A stretch of DNA of 64,000 bases from the NCBI GenBank assembly GCA_016938065.1, contig JAFGVI010000124.1, positions 2,199 through 66,198 on the forward strand, read 5' to 3'. Below, one piece after another: positions 20,056 through 31,400 of this stretch. Source of the stretch: Deltaproteobacteria bacterium (lineage in GTDB: Bacteria > Desulfobacterota > Anaeroferrophillalia > Anaeroferrophillales > Tharpellaceae). The notes beneath the pieces were generated by a model. That model had not been told where the DNA came from. It ran no database searches and worked only from the letters and a program-made list of their open reading frames with translations. The stretch's first letter is position 1. Every line of letters starts with the position of its first letter. Made by a program: the position numbers and the translations under genes.

Positions 20056-20631
20056 CTACTCTCCCCCCGACGAAGAGACCGGAGAAGCTGAGCGCGGCAT
20101 AACCGTCACCGAATCGAAGCCATCGCACTCGGCCACCCGCACCATCACCCGATCCCGGGTCGAAGCCGGCACCTCGACCCCGATATAATCAGCGGCAATC
20201 GGCAGTTCGCGACAGCCGCGATCGACCAGTACCGCCAATTGAATGCTCTGCGGCCGGCCGAAATCGATCAAGCCATCCATCGCCGCCCGCACCGTCCGCC
20301 CGGTATAGAGGACGTCGTCGATCAAAACCACGGTGGCCCCGTCCAGGGAAAAGGGAATTTCGGTTTTCCGCAAAACCGGATGGTGTGTGGCCTGAGCCAG
20401 ATCATCGCGATACAGGGTAATATCGAGACTGCCTAAAGGGAGTTCCAGGCCGCTCTGTTCCCGGATAATCCGCTGTAAGCGCTGGGCCAGACAGACCCCT
20501 CTGGTCAGAATTCCGACCAGGGCCAGTTTCTGACGACCCTGATTACGCCGCAAGACTGCCGCGGCGATCCGCTCCAGAATGCGGCCCATCTCGGACGATT
20601 CGCAGATAATGTTCCCTGTCATATTCGGCAT
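20056..20631 (-). CDS. pyrR: PyrR bifunctional regulator / uracil phosphoribosyltransferase
   Basis: [24 protein letters not shown] and VDRG-x-RELPI. Confidence 0.95.
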   Translation of the reverse strand: MPNMTGNIICESSEMGRILERIAAAVLRRNQGRQKLALVGILTRGVCLAQRLQRIIREQSGLELPLGSLDITLYRDDLAQATHHPVLRKTEIPFSLDGATVVLIDDVLYTGRTVRAAMDGLIDFGRPQSIQLAVLVDRGCRELPIAADYIGVEVPASTRDRVMVRVAECDGFDSVTVMPRSASPVSSSGGE

Positions 20632-20637
20632 GGCCCT

Positions 20638-20982
20638 CTACCCGGTAATGGTCGCCAGCAATTTCTCAATTCTGATGACTTTATCAAGATGGGTCAGCTC
20701 CAGCAGCGCCCCGACATCACGATTGGGGGCGGCCAGCGCCAGCGTCGACTGACGCTCACTCAGATACTTGTAGATGCTGAAAATCGCCCCCAGTCCGGAA
20801 GAGTCAACCGCGGTTACACCGGAGAGATCAATAACAAGATCACAAGTCGGCCGCTTCTCCAGTTCCAGCATTACCGCCTGACGCAACTGATCGCGAACCA
20901 GCAGATTAATCATACCCTTAAACCGTACAATCAGCCACCGGCCGCTTTCACTGAATTGAAGATCGATTTTTTCAGACATCAC
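20638..20982 (-). CDS. STAS domain anti-sigma factor antagonist
   Basis: VIDLSGV-x2-VDSSGLG with phosphorylatable Ser; 114 aa. Confidence 0.88.
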   Translation of the reverse strand: MMSEKIDLQFSESGRWLIVRFKGMINLLVRDQLRQAVMLELEKRPTCDLVIDLSGVTAVDSSGLGAIFSIYKYLSERQSTLALAAPNRDVGALLELTHLDKVIRIEKLLATITG

Positions 20983-21006
20983 ACTCTCCCCCGTACACTA
21001 TATATA

Positions 21007-21648
21007 TTAACGGATCAACTGTCCGATTCTTTTAAAACGGATTTTTTCAGCAAGATTATGCGTCAGTTTATCCCAGGACCAATAGAGAATCAGCGCCTTC
21101 CCTTTAATCTGGTCAAACGGCACAAAGCCCCAGAAGCGACTGTCATAACTGCGGTCGCGGTTATCTCCCATCACCAGCACATGTTCCGGCGGCACCACCA
21201 CCGGCCCGAAATTATCCCGCGGCACCATGCCGGTCACCCCGGCATCGCAATAAAAACCATAAGGGTCATCCCACAGCCGGCCGTTAATATAGATCTTTTT
21301 CTGACGAATTTCAACCGTGTCACCCGGTTCCCCGACAACCCGTTTGATAAAATCCTTCTTTTTGTCTTTCGGAAAAATAAAGACCACAATATCACCACGA
21401 TGCGGCTCTTTGTAGACCAGCACCTTGTGGTCGACAAAAGGAAGTTTGATCCCGTAAATAAATTTATTGACCAGCAGATGGTCGCCGATCAGCAGCGTCG
21501 GCTCCATGGAACCGGAAGGAATTTTAAAGGCCTGCACGACAAAAGCCCGGATAAAAAGAGCAATCAGAATCGCGACGATAATCGACTCGGCATACTCACG
21601 AATCACTCCACCCTTGCTTTTATTTAAGCCCAACTCTTTTTTCAACAA
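21007..21648 (-). CDS. lepB: Signal peptidase I
   Basis: IPSGSMEPTL, FIKRVVG and GDNRDRSYDSRFWG. Confidence 0.96.
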   Translation of the reverse strand: MLKKELGLNKSKGGVIREYAESIIVAILIALFIRAFVVQAFKIPSGSMEPTLLIGDHLLVNKFIYGIKLPFVDHKVLVYKEPHRGDIVVFIFPKDKKKDFIKRVVGEPGDTVEIRQKKIYINGRLWDDPYGFYCDAGVTGMVPRDNFGPVVVPPEHVLVMGDNRDRSYDSRFWGFVPFDQIKGKALILYWSWDKLTHNLAEKIRFKRIGQLIR

Positions 21649-21667
21649 AATATTTCTCGGTCCTTTT

Positions 21668-23473
21668 TTATGAGTCTATGTTTAAAATTGCCAGAAAGGC
21701 GTCTTGGGGCAGGTCGATCTTGCCAACCCGTTTCATCCGTTTTTTACCGGCTTTCTGTTTTTCCAGCAGTTTCCGTTTGCGCGTAATGTCGCCGCCGTAA
21801 CATTTGGCCGTAACATTTTTCCGCAGGGCTTTAACCGTCGTCCGGGCTACAACCTTGGTGCCGATCGCGGCCTGAATCGCCACCTCAAACATCTGCCGGG
21901 GAATAAGTTCCTTCATCTTGACCGCGAGATCACGACCGCGATCAAAAGCCCGTTCCTGGTGCACAATCATTGAAAGGGCGTCAACAAGTTCGCCATTGAT
22001 CAGAATATCAAGTTTCACCAGATTGGCCTGGCGATGGCCGCAGGGCTCGTAATCGAGCGAAGCATAGCCCCGGGTCAGGGATTTGAGCCGGTCATAAAAA
22101 TCGAGAACGATCTCATTCAAGGGAAGGTCGTAGATAACCATCGCCCGGGTCTCATCCAGATATTTGATCTCCTGCTGTACACCCCGTTTATCCTCGCAGA
22201 GCTTGAGAATGTTGCCGATATACTCATTGGGAACATGAATTGAACAACGCACCATCGGCTCACCGATACTGGTGATCTCACCTGATGGCGGCATACTGCT
22301 CGGATTATCTATCTCGACAATTTTGCCGCTCTTGAGTTCAACCCGGTAGACAACCGTAGGCGAGGTGGTAATCAGATCAAGCAGATATTCGCGCTCCAGC
22401 CGCTCCTGAATAATCTCCATATGGAGCAGCCCGAGAAAACCGCAGCGAAAGCCGAACCCCAGAGCCAAAGAGGTCTCGGGCTGAAACGTAAAGGAGGCAT
22501 CATTGAGACGAAGCTTGGCCAGAGCATCCCGCAGGGGTTCGTACTGAATCGAATCGGTCGGATAGAGGCCGCTGAAAACCATCGGCTGCACCTCCTTGAA
22601 ACCGGGCAGAGGGGTCGCCGTCGCCTCGATGAATCCGGTTATGGTATCACCGACTTTACAGTCGGCCACGGTTTTGATCCCGGCAATAACATAGCCGACC
22701 TCGCCGACTTCGAGAATTTTAGTATCGACCATCGCCGGACGCATCTTGCCGACCCGCTGCACCTCGAAGGGCCGGTTCGTCGACATCATCTTGATCTTCA
22801 TGCCGGGATGAACAGCTCCGTCAAAGACCCGGACCAGTGCTATAACCCCGAGATAGGCGTCAAACCATGAGTCAAAAATCATCGCTTTCAGCGGGGCCTC
22901 ACGCCGGCCTTTCGGAGCCGGTACGCGCTTGACGATAGCTTCAAGAAATTCCTTGATGCCGACTCCGGTTTTGGCGCTGATCAGCAGCGCGTCCGAGGTA
23001 TCAAGACCGATAACATCCTCGATCTGACGTCTGATACGATCGGGTTCAGCCACCGGCAGGTCGATCTTGTTCAATACCGGAATAATCTCAAGCTCAGCTT
23101 CGAGAGCATGGTAGACATTGGCCAGAGTCTGGGCTTCAACACCCTGCGCCGCATCGACTACCAGAACCGCGCCTTCGGTTGCGGCCAGACTGCGCGAGAC
23201 TTCGTAAGAGAAATCAACATGGCCGGGGGTATCAATCAGATTAAGCTGATAAAGCTGACCATTATCAGCTTTATAATTGAGACAGACCGATTGCGCCTTG
23301 ATCGTAATCCCGCGCTCCCGCTCAATATCCATGCTGTCGAGAAGCTGGGCCTTCATCTCCCGGGAAGTAACCGCTCCGGTAACCTCAAGCAGACGGTCCG
23401 CCAGCGTCGATTTGCCGTGGTCGATATGAGCAATAATGGAAAAATTACGAATATTGTCCTGAGTCAGAGCCAT
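21668..23473 (-). CDS. lepA: Elongation factor 4
   Basis: [38 protein letters not shown] and KCYGGD. Confidence 0.98.
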   Translation of the reverse strand: MALTQDNIRNFSIIAHIDHGKSTLADRLLEVTGAVTSREMKAQLLDSMDIERERGITIKAQSVCLNYKADNGQLYQLNLIDTPGHVDFSYEVSRSLAATEGAVLVVDAAQGVEAQTLANVYHALEAELEIIPVLNKIDLPVAEPDRIRRQIEDVIGLDTSDALLISAKTGVGIKEFLEAIVKRVPAPKGRREAPLKAMIFDSWFDAYLGVIALVRVFDGAVHPGMKIKMMSTNRPFEVQRVGKMRPAMVDTKILEVGEVGYVIAGIKTVADCKVGDTITGFIEATATPLPGFKEVQPMVFSGLYPTDSIQYEPLRDALAKLRLNDASFTFQPETSLALGFGFRCGFLGLLHMEIIQERLEREYLLDLITTSPTVVYRVELKSGKIVEIDNPSSMPPSGEITSIGEPMVRCSIHVPNEYIGNILKLCEDKRGVQQEIKYLDETRAMVIYDLPLNEIVLDFYDRLKSLTRGYASLDYEPCGHRQANLVKLDILINGELVDALSMIVHQERAFDRGRDLAVKMKELIPRQMFEVAIQAAIGTKVVARTTVKALRKNVTAKCYGGDITRKRKLLEKQKAGKKRMKRVGKIDLPQDAFLAILNIDS

Positions 23474-23531
23474 AAATATTTACGCCACAGCCTTATAAAT
23501 ACAAAAAAAGACGCCACGCGCCTGATGATTT

Positions 23532-23559
23532 AAATTACGAATTATAAACTACGAATCGG
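23532..23559. repeat. Heptamer tandem repeat AAATTAC-GAATTAT-AAACTAC-GAATCGG
   Basis: Same family as 3000-3027; intergenic upstream of lepA. Confidence 0.55.
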
Positions 23560-23584
23560 CAACCCTGAGCTCGGTCTGCCTGAC

Positions 23585-24304
23585 CTAATTATCACTACCC
23601 TGTCTGATCAGCAGCGGTTTATAGTTATGAACTTCGGACAGTTCCCGCTGGTAGCGCTCGGCCAGAGCGCGATCACCTATATTGCAGATCTTAACCCGGT
23701 ACCAAGTGCCTTTGCCGGCCACCTGCACCGCTTCCACGTCCACGCCGGGATAGGTTTTGATCAGCTCACTGCGCACCAGGCGGGCCTTGATCTCCTGCGC
23801 CAGGGAGCAGACGCGAAGCTCCCAGAGCTCACCCGTTTCCGGCGACGCCGCTTTATCCGCCGAAGTCAGACTGGTGCTCTTTTTCTTTTTATCGACAGCA
23901 GGAGTCGTTTTAACCTTGAGCGCCGAGCCCCCGCTCTCCGTCGGTTTGTCGGCAAGTTCATGGTAAAAGGTCAGGTTAACCTTCTCTTCCTGCGGCGCAA
24001 CGACCGGATCTGAAGCCGCAACCGGCGGCGGCAGTTTGCAGACGCCACCGGGGCAGCACTCACCGGAGGCCTCGGCCGATGTCCCTAGGGCAGAGGTCGG
24101 CCGGCTCTGGGAGAAGCCGGCACCCGGCATCTGCATAACCGCGACCTCTGTCGGCCTGGCCGTCTCGACCGCAGCCAGACTTTTTTTCTGCCAGCGCTGA
24201 AACGACTCATTTTCCGGCAGCTTATAACCCACCAGCACACCGACCCCGAAAGCGACGAAAAGAACAACCAGTAAAACAATTATGGATTTCAACTGTTCAA
24301 GCAT
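23585..24304 (-). CDS. SPOR-domain cell division protein (FtsN-like)
   Basis: N-terminal TM; LTFYHEL motif; C-terminal SPOR-like GTWYRV; follows argS as ftsN-like genes often do. Confidence 0.72.
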   Translation of the reverse strand: MLEQLKSIIVLLVVLFVAFGVGVLVGYKLPENESFQRWQKKSLAAVETARPTEVAVMQMPGAGFSQSRPTSALGTSAEASGECCPGGVCKLPPPVAASDPVVAPQEEKVNLTFYHELADKPTESGGSALKVKTTPAVDKKKKSTSLTSADKAASPETGELWELRVCSLAQEIKARLVRSELIKTYPGVDVEAVQVAGKGTWYRVKICNIGDRALAERYQRELSEVHNYKPLLIRQGSDN

Positions 24305-24331
24305 TTTATTTTGCCGTCACATCCTCTGCGG

Positions 24332-26008
24332 TCACATTTTCTCCGGGGCCGAAACCCCCAACAGAGTCAAACAGATATTAAGCACCTGACGAATCACCGT
24401 CATCAGCAGCAGGCGATCGCCGGAAACCTTGCCCTCTTCGTTTATGATCCGGTTACGGTTATAGTAGGAGTGCAGCTGCGCCGCCAGATCATCAAGATAA
24501 TAGGTCACGCGATGCGGTTCCAGGGTACGGGCCGCCGCCTCCAGCACCACCGTAAAGTCATCAAGTTTTTTTATCAGCTCAAGCTCTTCCGGCAACGTCA
24601 AACCCGCCCCCAAAGCCGGAGTCTCACCTTCAATCTCAAGCCCTTCCTCTGCAACTTTCCGAAAGATGCTGCAGATGCGCGCATGCGCATACTGCGCGTA
24701 ATAGACCGGATTGTCACTGTTTTGCGCTTTCGCCAGTTCCAGATCGAACTCAAGCTGACTGTCGGATCTCCGCGTCAGAAAAAAATAGCGGGCCGCATCT
24801 CTGCCGACCTCCCGTACAACCTCTTCCAGGGTAATGAATTCGCCTGCCCGGGTCGACATCGCCACCGGCGTTCCGCGGCGCGAAAGACTGACCAGCTGCA
24901 CTAAAATTGCGGCAAAGCTCTCCGGGCAATGGCCCAGGGCCTCAATCGCGGCCCTAAGCCGGGGCACATAACCATGATGATCCGCGCCCCAGACATCTAC
25001 CACAAGATCGTAACCGCGTTCATATTTTTCCCGATGATAAGCAATATCTGAGGCAAAATAGGTTTTTACACCATTTGCCCGGACCACGACCCGATCCTTC
25101 TCATCCCCGAAACGGGACGAAGCAAACCAGAGCGCCCCTTCATCCTGGTAAAGAACCCCTTTTTCTTTGAGCTCAGCCAGGGCCAGATCGACTTTACCCG
25201 AGGCAAAAAACTCCTTTTCACTGGTCCAGCGCTCAAAATCGACCCCGAAAAGCTTGAGATCATCGCGAATACCCAGAAGAATGGCATCTGCCGCTGTTCG
25301 CGTAAAAAAATCGAGACCGACCTCATCTTCCTCGGCAACGCTGACCGCAACCAGAGCATCACCCTGTTCCCGCAGTAAATCTCTCGCCATCGCAGCAAGA
25401 TATTCACCCCGATAGTAACCTTCTGGGATTTCTCCGTGACGGGCCCCCAGAAGCTCCAGATAGCGCCAGCGCAGCGAACGTCCGAGAACCTGCATCTGAT
25501 TTCCGGCATCATTAACATAATACTCGCGCTCCACGGCATAACCGGCCCGGCTCAGAATCCGGGCCAGCACATCACCGACGGCCGCGCCGCGTCCGTGACC
25601 GATATGCAGGGGACCGGTCGGGTTGGCACTGACGAACTCAACCAGAACCCGCTGCCCCGCTCCGCAATCAAGCCGGGCATAATCGGATTTTTGGGCGGCA
25701 ATCTCACGCAGACAGCGATGCCAGCAGGCAACATCCAGCGTCATATTGATAAAGCCCGGACCCGCAACCGTAACCTCGACCAGGTCGTCTTCCTTTTCCA
25801 GCTCCGCCTTAAGGGCTGCGCCGATGGCCCGGGGATTATCGTGCCAGCGACCGGCCAGCTGCATGGCTATATTGGATGAAAAATCACCGAATGATTTTTC
25901 CCGCGGCAACTCAATCGCGATCTCCGGCAGACCCGCAACCGCAACGCCCCGCGCGGCCGCCACCGCCGCAACTGCCTTCTCTACATATCTGGTAACGCTT
26001 TTTTTCAT
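24332..26008 (-). CDS. argS: Arginine--tRNA ligase
   Basis: EFVSANPTGPLHIGHGR, WGADHHGY, MSTRAG and NPVYYAQYAHAR. Confidence 0.98.
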   Translation of the reverse strand: MKKSVTRYVEKAVAAVAAARGVAVAGLPEIAIELPREKSFGDFSSNIAMQLAGRWHDNPRAIGAALKAELEKEDDLVEVTVAGPGFINMTLDVACWHRCLREIAAQKSDYARLDCGAGQRVLVEFVSANPTGPLHIGHGRGAAVGDVLARILSRAGYAVEREYYVNDAGNQMQVLGRSLRWRYLELLGARHGEIPEGYYRGEYLAAMARDLLREQGDALVAVSVAEEDEVGLDFFTRTAADAILLGIRDDLKLFGVDFERWTSEKEFFASGKVDLALAELKEKGVLYQDEGALWFASSRFGDEKDRVVVRANGVKTYFASDIAYHREKYERGYDLVVDVWGADHHGYVPRLRAAIEALGHCPESFAAILVQLVSLSRRGTPVAMSTRAGEFITLEEVVREVGRDAARYFFLTRRSDSQLEFDLELAKAQNSDNPVYYAQYAHARICSIFRKVAEEGLEIEGETPALGAGLTLPEELELIKKLDDFTVVLEAAARTLEPHRVTYYLDDLAAQLHSYYNRNRIINEEGKVSGDRLLLMTVIRQVLNICLTLLGVSAPEKM

Positions 26009-26096
26009 TGACCTTTAAACTCTCGATAAAGCCCTGTTTACATAGCAAAACACCCACGCTCGCAGCTTGGGACATAACCAATTGACAAGCTTGGGG

Positions 26097-26125
26097 ATAG
26101 TAGTCAGTCACACTAAAATTGTCAA
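26097..26125 (-). promoter_or_regulatory. sigma70 promoter for argS
   Basis: TTGACA-N17-TACTAT on the minus strand, about 90 nt upstream of the argS ATG. Confidence 0.75.
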
Positions 26126-26170
26126 GCAAACATTGACCTGTGCGACCATGAGAAGGTGCCGTTTTGCCGA

Positions 26171-26446
26171 TTACTGCGCTTCAAAGAGAAAAAGGATTTC
26201 ATTTTCACGAATCATGTGCAGTTCACGGCGGACGACCAGTTCCTGATAACGGGCGTCGCTCTGCAAAAGGCGGATTTTATGTTCAAGGAGTTGGTTGTCA
26301 GCCTTAAGTTCCTGATTATGCAGGCCGATACGCTTTATTTCATGCTCAACCGACCTTAAGGCCCGGTCGCCGCGGCTGCCGAACCAGGTCAGCCAGACAA
26401 AATAAAAAATGACGAGCAGGAGCAGTCCGGAAAAGAGGCGCTTCAT
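26171..26446 (-). CDS. ftsB: Septum formation initiator (FtsB/DivIC family)
   Basis: Start at 26446 (MKRLFSG) with ATGA overlap on the TonB stop; TM, FGSRG, coiled coil, and RRELHMIRENE. Confidence 0.8.
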   Translation of the reverse strand: MKRLFSGLLLLVIFYFVWLTWFGSRGDRALRSVEHEIKRIGLHNQELKADNQLLEHKIRLLQSDARYQELVVRRELHMIRENEILFLFEAQ

Positions 26447-27303
26447 CGCGACACCCGAAAAACGATGCTGACCGTCCCCCACTGTTCCGTCTGCGGCAAA
26501 GCCGCCGGCAGAATCGAAAAACGCCACTGCTGCAGAAATCTCTCCGCCACATTGACCAGCTCCAGATCGCCGATTCTGGTGGTCTCGACCCGGCTGACAG
26601 TACCATCCGGCCGCACCCAGAAACGTAAAGCCACCGTAACATCCCGGGTCAGAGAGATTTTCGGCAGAGCCGGGCGAAAGAGCACCTGCCGACTCCGGGC
26701 CACGGGCCCACTCAAGCCGAAATCGTGGTCGGCGGGATCTTTTTGTGGGGGTTCAAGATCGAGAAGTTTTTTTCGGGCCGCCGCACTCAGCAGTTTATCG
26801 ACCGGAAGAGCCGGGCTCGCCGGCGGCGTTTCCAGGCTGCCGCCAAGACGACGACCGCTCAGTTGGCCGGCCGGTTTTCTTCCCAGGCGACCCAGAAGTT
26901 CCTGCGGCCGGACCCCGGAAATCGGCTCGGACAGAGGCAGAAGCGCGAGAGTCGCGGCATCAGGCGAAGCCGGCGGTTCCGGCAGTTCAATCGGGGCCGG
27001 CGGCATCTGCAGAGCCTCGCCCAGGGCGGGAAGCTCCTTGAACCGCTGATCGATCAGAGCGACAATCCGGCCTTCCGCCGGCAGGAACGGGGTTTTTTCC
27101 TCCACCGGCGGTTGAGGAGTAACTTCCGGTTCCACCAGCGTAACCTCAATCTCCGTTCTGCCCAGCAGCGCCAGACGGTTGATATGAATATTAAAGAGCC
27201 GGGTCAGATCAGGAAGAAGCAGAAGCAAGGCCGCATGCAGAAGCATGGAAAGAAGTAGAAAAGGAATCAGGCGAAGTGTTCCATAGCGTGATGTAAAGAG
27301 CAA
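26443..27303 (-). CDS. TonB/TolA-like energy transducer
   Basis: TM with S-x3-H (SMLLHA); Pro-rich linker; TonB C-terminal fold (FWVRPDGTV...QWRF). Confidence 0.8.
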   Translation of the reverse strand: MLFTSRYGTLRLIPFLLLSMLLHAALLLLLPDLTRLFNIHINRLALLGRTEIEVTLVEPEVTPQPPVEEKTPFLPAEGRIVALIDQRFKELPALGEALQMPPAPIELPEPPASPDAATLALLPLSEPISGVRPQELLGRLGRKPAGQLSGRRLGGSLETPPASPALPVDKLLSAAARKKLLDLEPPQKDPADHDFGLSGPVARSRQVLFRPALPKISLTRDVTVALRFWVRPDGTVSRVETTRIGDLELVNVAERFLQQWRFSILPAALPQTEQWGTVSIVFRVSR

Positions 27304-27330
27304 CGATCACCTCTTTTCCGAATAGGCTAA

Positions 27331-27747
27331 CTACTCGCTGACATCATTAGGTTGCGTCGCGATCGCCAGTTTATTCAGGCCCGAACTTTTCGCAGCATCC
27401 ATAACCTTGACCACGAGCCCGTGATAAACTTTCTTATCGGCTTCAATCACTACCAGGGCCTCATCGCCCTGAGCTTTGCCCACGACCTGGAATTTCTCGT
27501 ACAACTGATTAAAAGTCAGTTTCTTCCCCTCAAGATAGATACTGCCGCCGGCTTCAATCGCCACCCGCAAGGTGGTTTTCTTCTTGGTTACCTGCTCGGC
27601 CGAAGATTTCGGCAGATCAATTTTGATCCCGGGATTAACCGAAAGACTGGTGGAGAGCATGAAAAAAATCAGCAGCAGAAAAACGACGTCAACCAGCGGC
27701 GTCATATCGAGCTGCACATCTTCCCGGTTGCGAGTCTGGAAACGCAT
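27331..27747 (-). CDS. exbD: Biopolymer transporter ExbD/TolR
   Basis: MTPLVDVVFLLLIFFM, IDLP and ADK-x2-YH-x2-VV-x-VMD. Confidence 0.92.
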   Translation of the reverse strand: MRFQTRNREDVQLDMTPLVDVVFLLLIFFMLSTSLSVNPGIKIDLPKSSAEQVTKKKTTLRVAIEAGGSIYLEGKKLTFNQLYEKFQVVGKAQGDEALVVIEADKKVYHGLVVKVMDAAKSSGLNKLAIATQPNDVSE

Positions 27748-27752
27748 AAATA

Positions 27753-28373
27753 TTATCCTCGCCCCCCGTCCTGATCAAGCAGATCAAGAACCTCCATCGA
27801 AACCCGCTCCATCCGCAGAACCCGTTTATCAACCCGATAACGCAGCAGTTTATAGAAAACAAACGCCGGGATTGCCACCGTCAAACCCGCTGCCGTTGTA
27901 ATCAGGGCCTCGGAGATACCGCCGGCCAGCATCTGGGGGTTGCCGATTCCGGCCTGTGAAATAACATTGAAAGCCTTGATCATTCCGGTTACCGTACCGA
28001 GAAGGCCCAGCAGCGGCGCAATCCCGGCAATGGTTCCCAGCACCGCAAGAAAGCGTTCCAGGGTCGCCGCTTCAAGACGACCGACATCTTCAATGGCCTC
28101 CTTGACCTGAGCCCGCGATTTATCGTGACGCGAAATCCCGGCCATCAGCACCCGGGCAATCGAGGAGTCATTCATGCGACATTTGGTCATGGCATCCTCC
28201 ATGCGCTGCTGGCGCACCAGATCACTGACCTCGATAATGAACTTCTCCGGAATAATCCGACTCCGGCGCAGAGCAAAAAGCCGCTCAAACAAGATGGCCA
28301 GGGTCAAAACCGAACAGAACATGATCGGATACATCAGATACCCGCCCTTCATAACAAACTGATACATCAACAA
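27753..28373 (-). CDS. exbB: MotA/TolQ/ExbB proton channel
   Basis: APLLGLLGTVTGMIKAF and GISEALITTAAGL. Confidence 0.92.
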   Translation of the reverse strand: MLMYQFVMKGGYLMYPIMFCSVLTLAILFERLFALRRSRIIPEKFIIEVSDLVRQQRMEDAMTKCRMNDSSIARVLMAGISRHDKSRAQVKEAIEDVGRLEAATLERFLAVLGTIAGIAPLLGLLGTVTGMIKAFNVISQAGIGNPQMLAGGISEALITTAAGLTVAIPAFVFYKLLRYRVDKRVLRMERVSMEVLDLLDQDGGRG

Positions 28374-28411
28374 ACCTCCAGGCTAAACTTTATCATAAAC
28401 TGCAATGCTAA

Positions 28412-28452
28412 TGCGGGGGCTCGCCCCGCAACCCAAGGGGCCTTTACGGCCC
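28412..28452. other. Two short GC-rich hairpins between the TPR gene and exbB
   Basis: TGCGGGG-GCTCG-CCCCGCA and GGGCC-TTTAC-GGCCC. Confidence 0.4.
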
Positions 28453-28476
28453 GCAAACAAGTGCTCTTATCCCCGG

Positions 28477-31400
28477 TTAATCAACGAGTTTTTTAAACTC
28501 TTTCTCCTGCGCTCCGCTGAGCTTCATCGTCTTTAGCTTTTCAGTGATTTTTTTAACGGTCGCTCCATCCTTCTCGTTACGGGCCAGCCGCACAGCGGCG
28601 AGCAACGCCTCGACCACCGGTTCTTCCTGCCCGGGGAAGAGGTAACTCAAACGCAGGTAAGCCTGCAGGGCCTCACGCCGCCGCCCCGCCCTTTCCAGAA
28701 CGCCAGCCCGCTGCAGGGAGGCGGCTGCCGCCTCGGCGGGCCGCGGATCAGCGACTGCCTTGTCATAGAAAAAGAGCGCTTCGTCGAATTCCCGGCGCTG
28801 GGCGAGAAGAGCCCCGAGCCCTGAACAGGCCGCAAAGTCCGAGTTGTCGCGGCGCTGTTCCTCAATAACCGCCAGAAAGTAACTCCGCGCCTTGCCCGAA
28901 TCGCCCAGCTGCTGACAAATCTGCGCCTTCAGCAGGGTCACCTCTCTTCTCAGATCGGGGTCGGGACAGGCCTCGGGCATTCCCGCCAGAGCCGTTTCCG
29001 CCGCACTGAAATCTTTCCCGGCGAAAGCGTAACGGGCCAGAAACAAACGACAGTCGCACTCATACTTGCTCGCGGGAAAACGCTGCAGCAAAGCCAGACA
29101 ATCATCCCGGGCCATCTGCTGCCGACCGCCATCAAGATCGAGTTTAAAGTGTCGATAGTAAGCCTCAAGCTGAAGGTCACCGGCATAGTCGCCCTCCTCC
29201 AGCTGCCGGAAAAGACTCAATAAATCGGCCTGCCGTCCCTGCCGCTGGTAGAGATCGGCAAGCAGCAGTAACAGTGGCACCGTATACGAGGATTCAGGGA
29301 AACGGGCGATAAAATTTTTCACCTCAATCTCAAGATAGGCAAACTTGTCCTGATTGTAGGCCAGCAGCAGCATACCGTAACTCGCTTTTTCATCAATTGA
29401 ACCGCCGGGGAAAGCCTGTTTGGCCTGCAGATAGACAAGCTGAGCTTTCAGGTAGTCACCCTGATTGAAATAGCTCTCCCCGACCCGGATCAGGGCCCGG
29501 CCACTGATCTCGGCCCCGGGATATTGAGCGGTCAGCTGCTGATAGGTCTTGATCGCTTGCGCATAGTTTCCCAGGCTGAAATAGCTCTCCCCGAGGTTAA
29601 AAAGAATCTCGGCGACAAGGGCCGGGTCAGTGCCGGCGGCAGCCGGCAGAAGATGGGCGAGAATGGTTGCGGCCTTTTCGAACTCACCCTGGCGCAACGC
29701 CAGCAGCCCTCTGTAATTCTGGGCCCGGGCGAGAAAAGGGCTCTGCGGATAACGCTCAACAAACTGCCTGAGCGCCTCGGCCGCTTCCTGGTCCAGATGC
29801 TGGTTGAAAAGGGCCTCGGCCCGATTGATTGCCGCATTCTGAATCATGAGCAGGGGCTTGCCGCTCTTCCCGGCAATTTCGAGATAGGCGGAAAAATCGG
29901 CGGCGGCTCCTGCGTAAGCACTGTTTTTTAAAGCCGCCCAACCTCTTTCGTAAAGCAGATCGGCCCGCTCCGCCGGAGCGCAATCATCCGGCCCGGCAGC
30001 CAGAACCGCTAAAGTTTGCGCAAACTTCCCCTGACGGTTCAGAGAGCGGGCCAGGAGAAGATAGAGCTGCGTGCGGTCGGCCGCCTCCTTGAATTTATCT
30101 TTTTCAGCGAACAGCCCCTGCAGCAGATCGGCCGCCGCCTTCGCCTCACCGGCAGAGAGCAGAATCCGGGCCCGTTCAAGCTGCAAAAGCGGCGCACCGC
30201 TGACACCCGCTGCCCCTTCGATACCCTGAGCCAGCGTAGCCAGAGCTTTATCATTCTGCTCAAGCTTAACCTGAAGCCGGGCCAGACGCCGATAATCATC
30301 GACCTCGACCAGCGCCGCCGGAAAGGAGCTGAGCAGCAGTTGCCCGCAACGGACCGCCGCAGTATAATCCCCAGCCTCGGTATAAGCGGCGGCCAACTCC
30401 CGCAGGGCCGCGGCAGCAACTGCGGCCCGGCTCAGCTCAGAGCGCCGGCCGGCAAAAAGATCCTCGGCTGCAGTGATTTTCTGCTGTTTGAGCAGCGAGA
30501 GGATTTCACCCAGAAACGCCAGAGGGATGACATCATCAAAACCGGCGGATTCCTGCTGCAAAGTCGAAAAAAGTGCCTCGGCCTCACTCGAAGCCCGCAG
30601 AAAATAGAGACACCAGCCCCGGGCCAGATCAGCCTGGCGCTGCAGCATATCACCCTCGCCCGCCCCGGCAGCCGCGGCGGGCAGGGCGGCAAGATAGTTG
30701 AAAGCCGTCTGATAATCCCGTTCATTAAAAGAGATTGTCGCCAGACGATAGAGGGCCGCACGATACTCCGCCGCCGCCGGATAGGCGACCGTCAGACGCA
30801 GCAGGACCAAACGGCCGGCATCAAGCTGACCCGCATCAAGCAAAGCCTCACCCTGCCAGAAGAGAGCCGCGGCCGCCAGCCGGCGATCCGGGCTCAGGGA
30901 CGCAACCGCAAACCATTTCACCGCCGCGGGATAGGCTTTATCCCGATAATCGAGCCAGGCCAGAGAGTAACAGGCGTAATGGTAAAAAAGATTGGTTTCA
31001 GCCCCGGCCACCACCGCAAAATGATTCCGGGCAACCTGATAGTTCTCCTGCCGGAAAGCTATCTCGGCCAGCCAGTAGTGGAAATCGGGAACCAGTTCAG
31101 AATCCTTGAATTTTTCCAGCCCGGCCGTAAAATAGGCCTCAGCCTCACCCAGCAGGCCCTCGATATATTTCTGGCGGCCACTGCGATAATAACCTTCTGC
31201 CCCGTTAAAACCACGGGCCAGAGAAGCCGTCAGCGGATTACGGTAAGCACAGCCGGGCGCCTGCGCGGCCGCCGTCTCCCATTCAGGACCCGACTGCCCC
31301 GTTCTCGCATCAAGGGTCAGATTGTCGGCCACCGGCTCAAGCTTGATCCCCGGAGCCAGGGCCGGCAAAAGCCCAAAGTCGCGAAAGCCCTCAAGCCGGG

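Noticed and set aside
23441-23452. Third AAATTACGAAT copy
   Set aside because: It lies within lepA and encodes the conserved IRNF motif, so it is coincidental.
28412-28452. IS200/IS605 end or REP element
   Set aside because: I saw only one copy and no transposase; kept only as a low-confidence hairpin.
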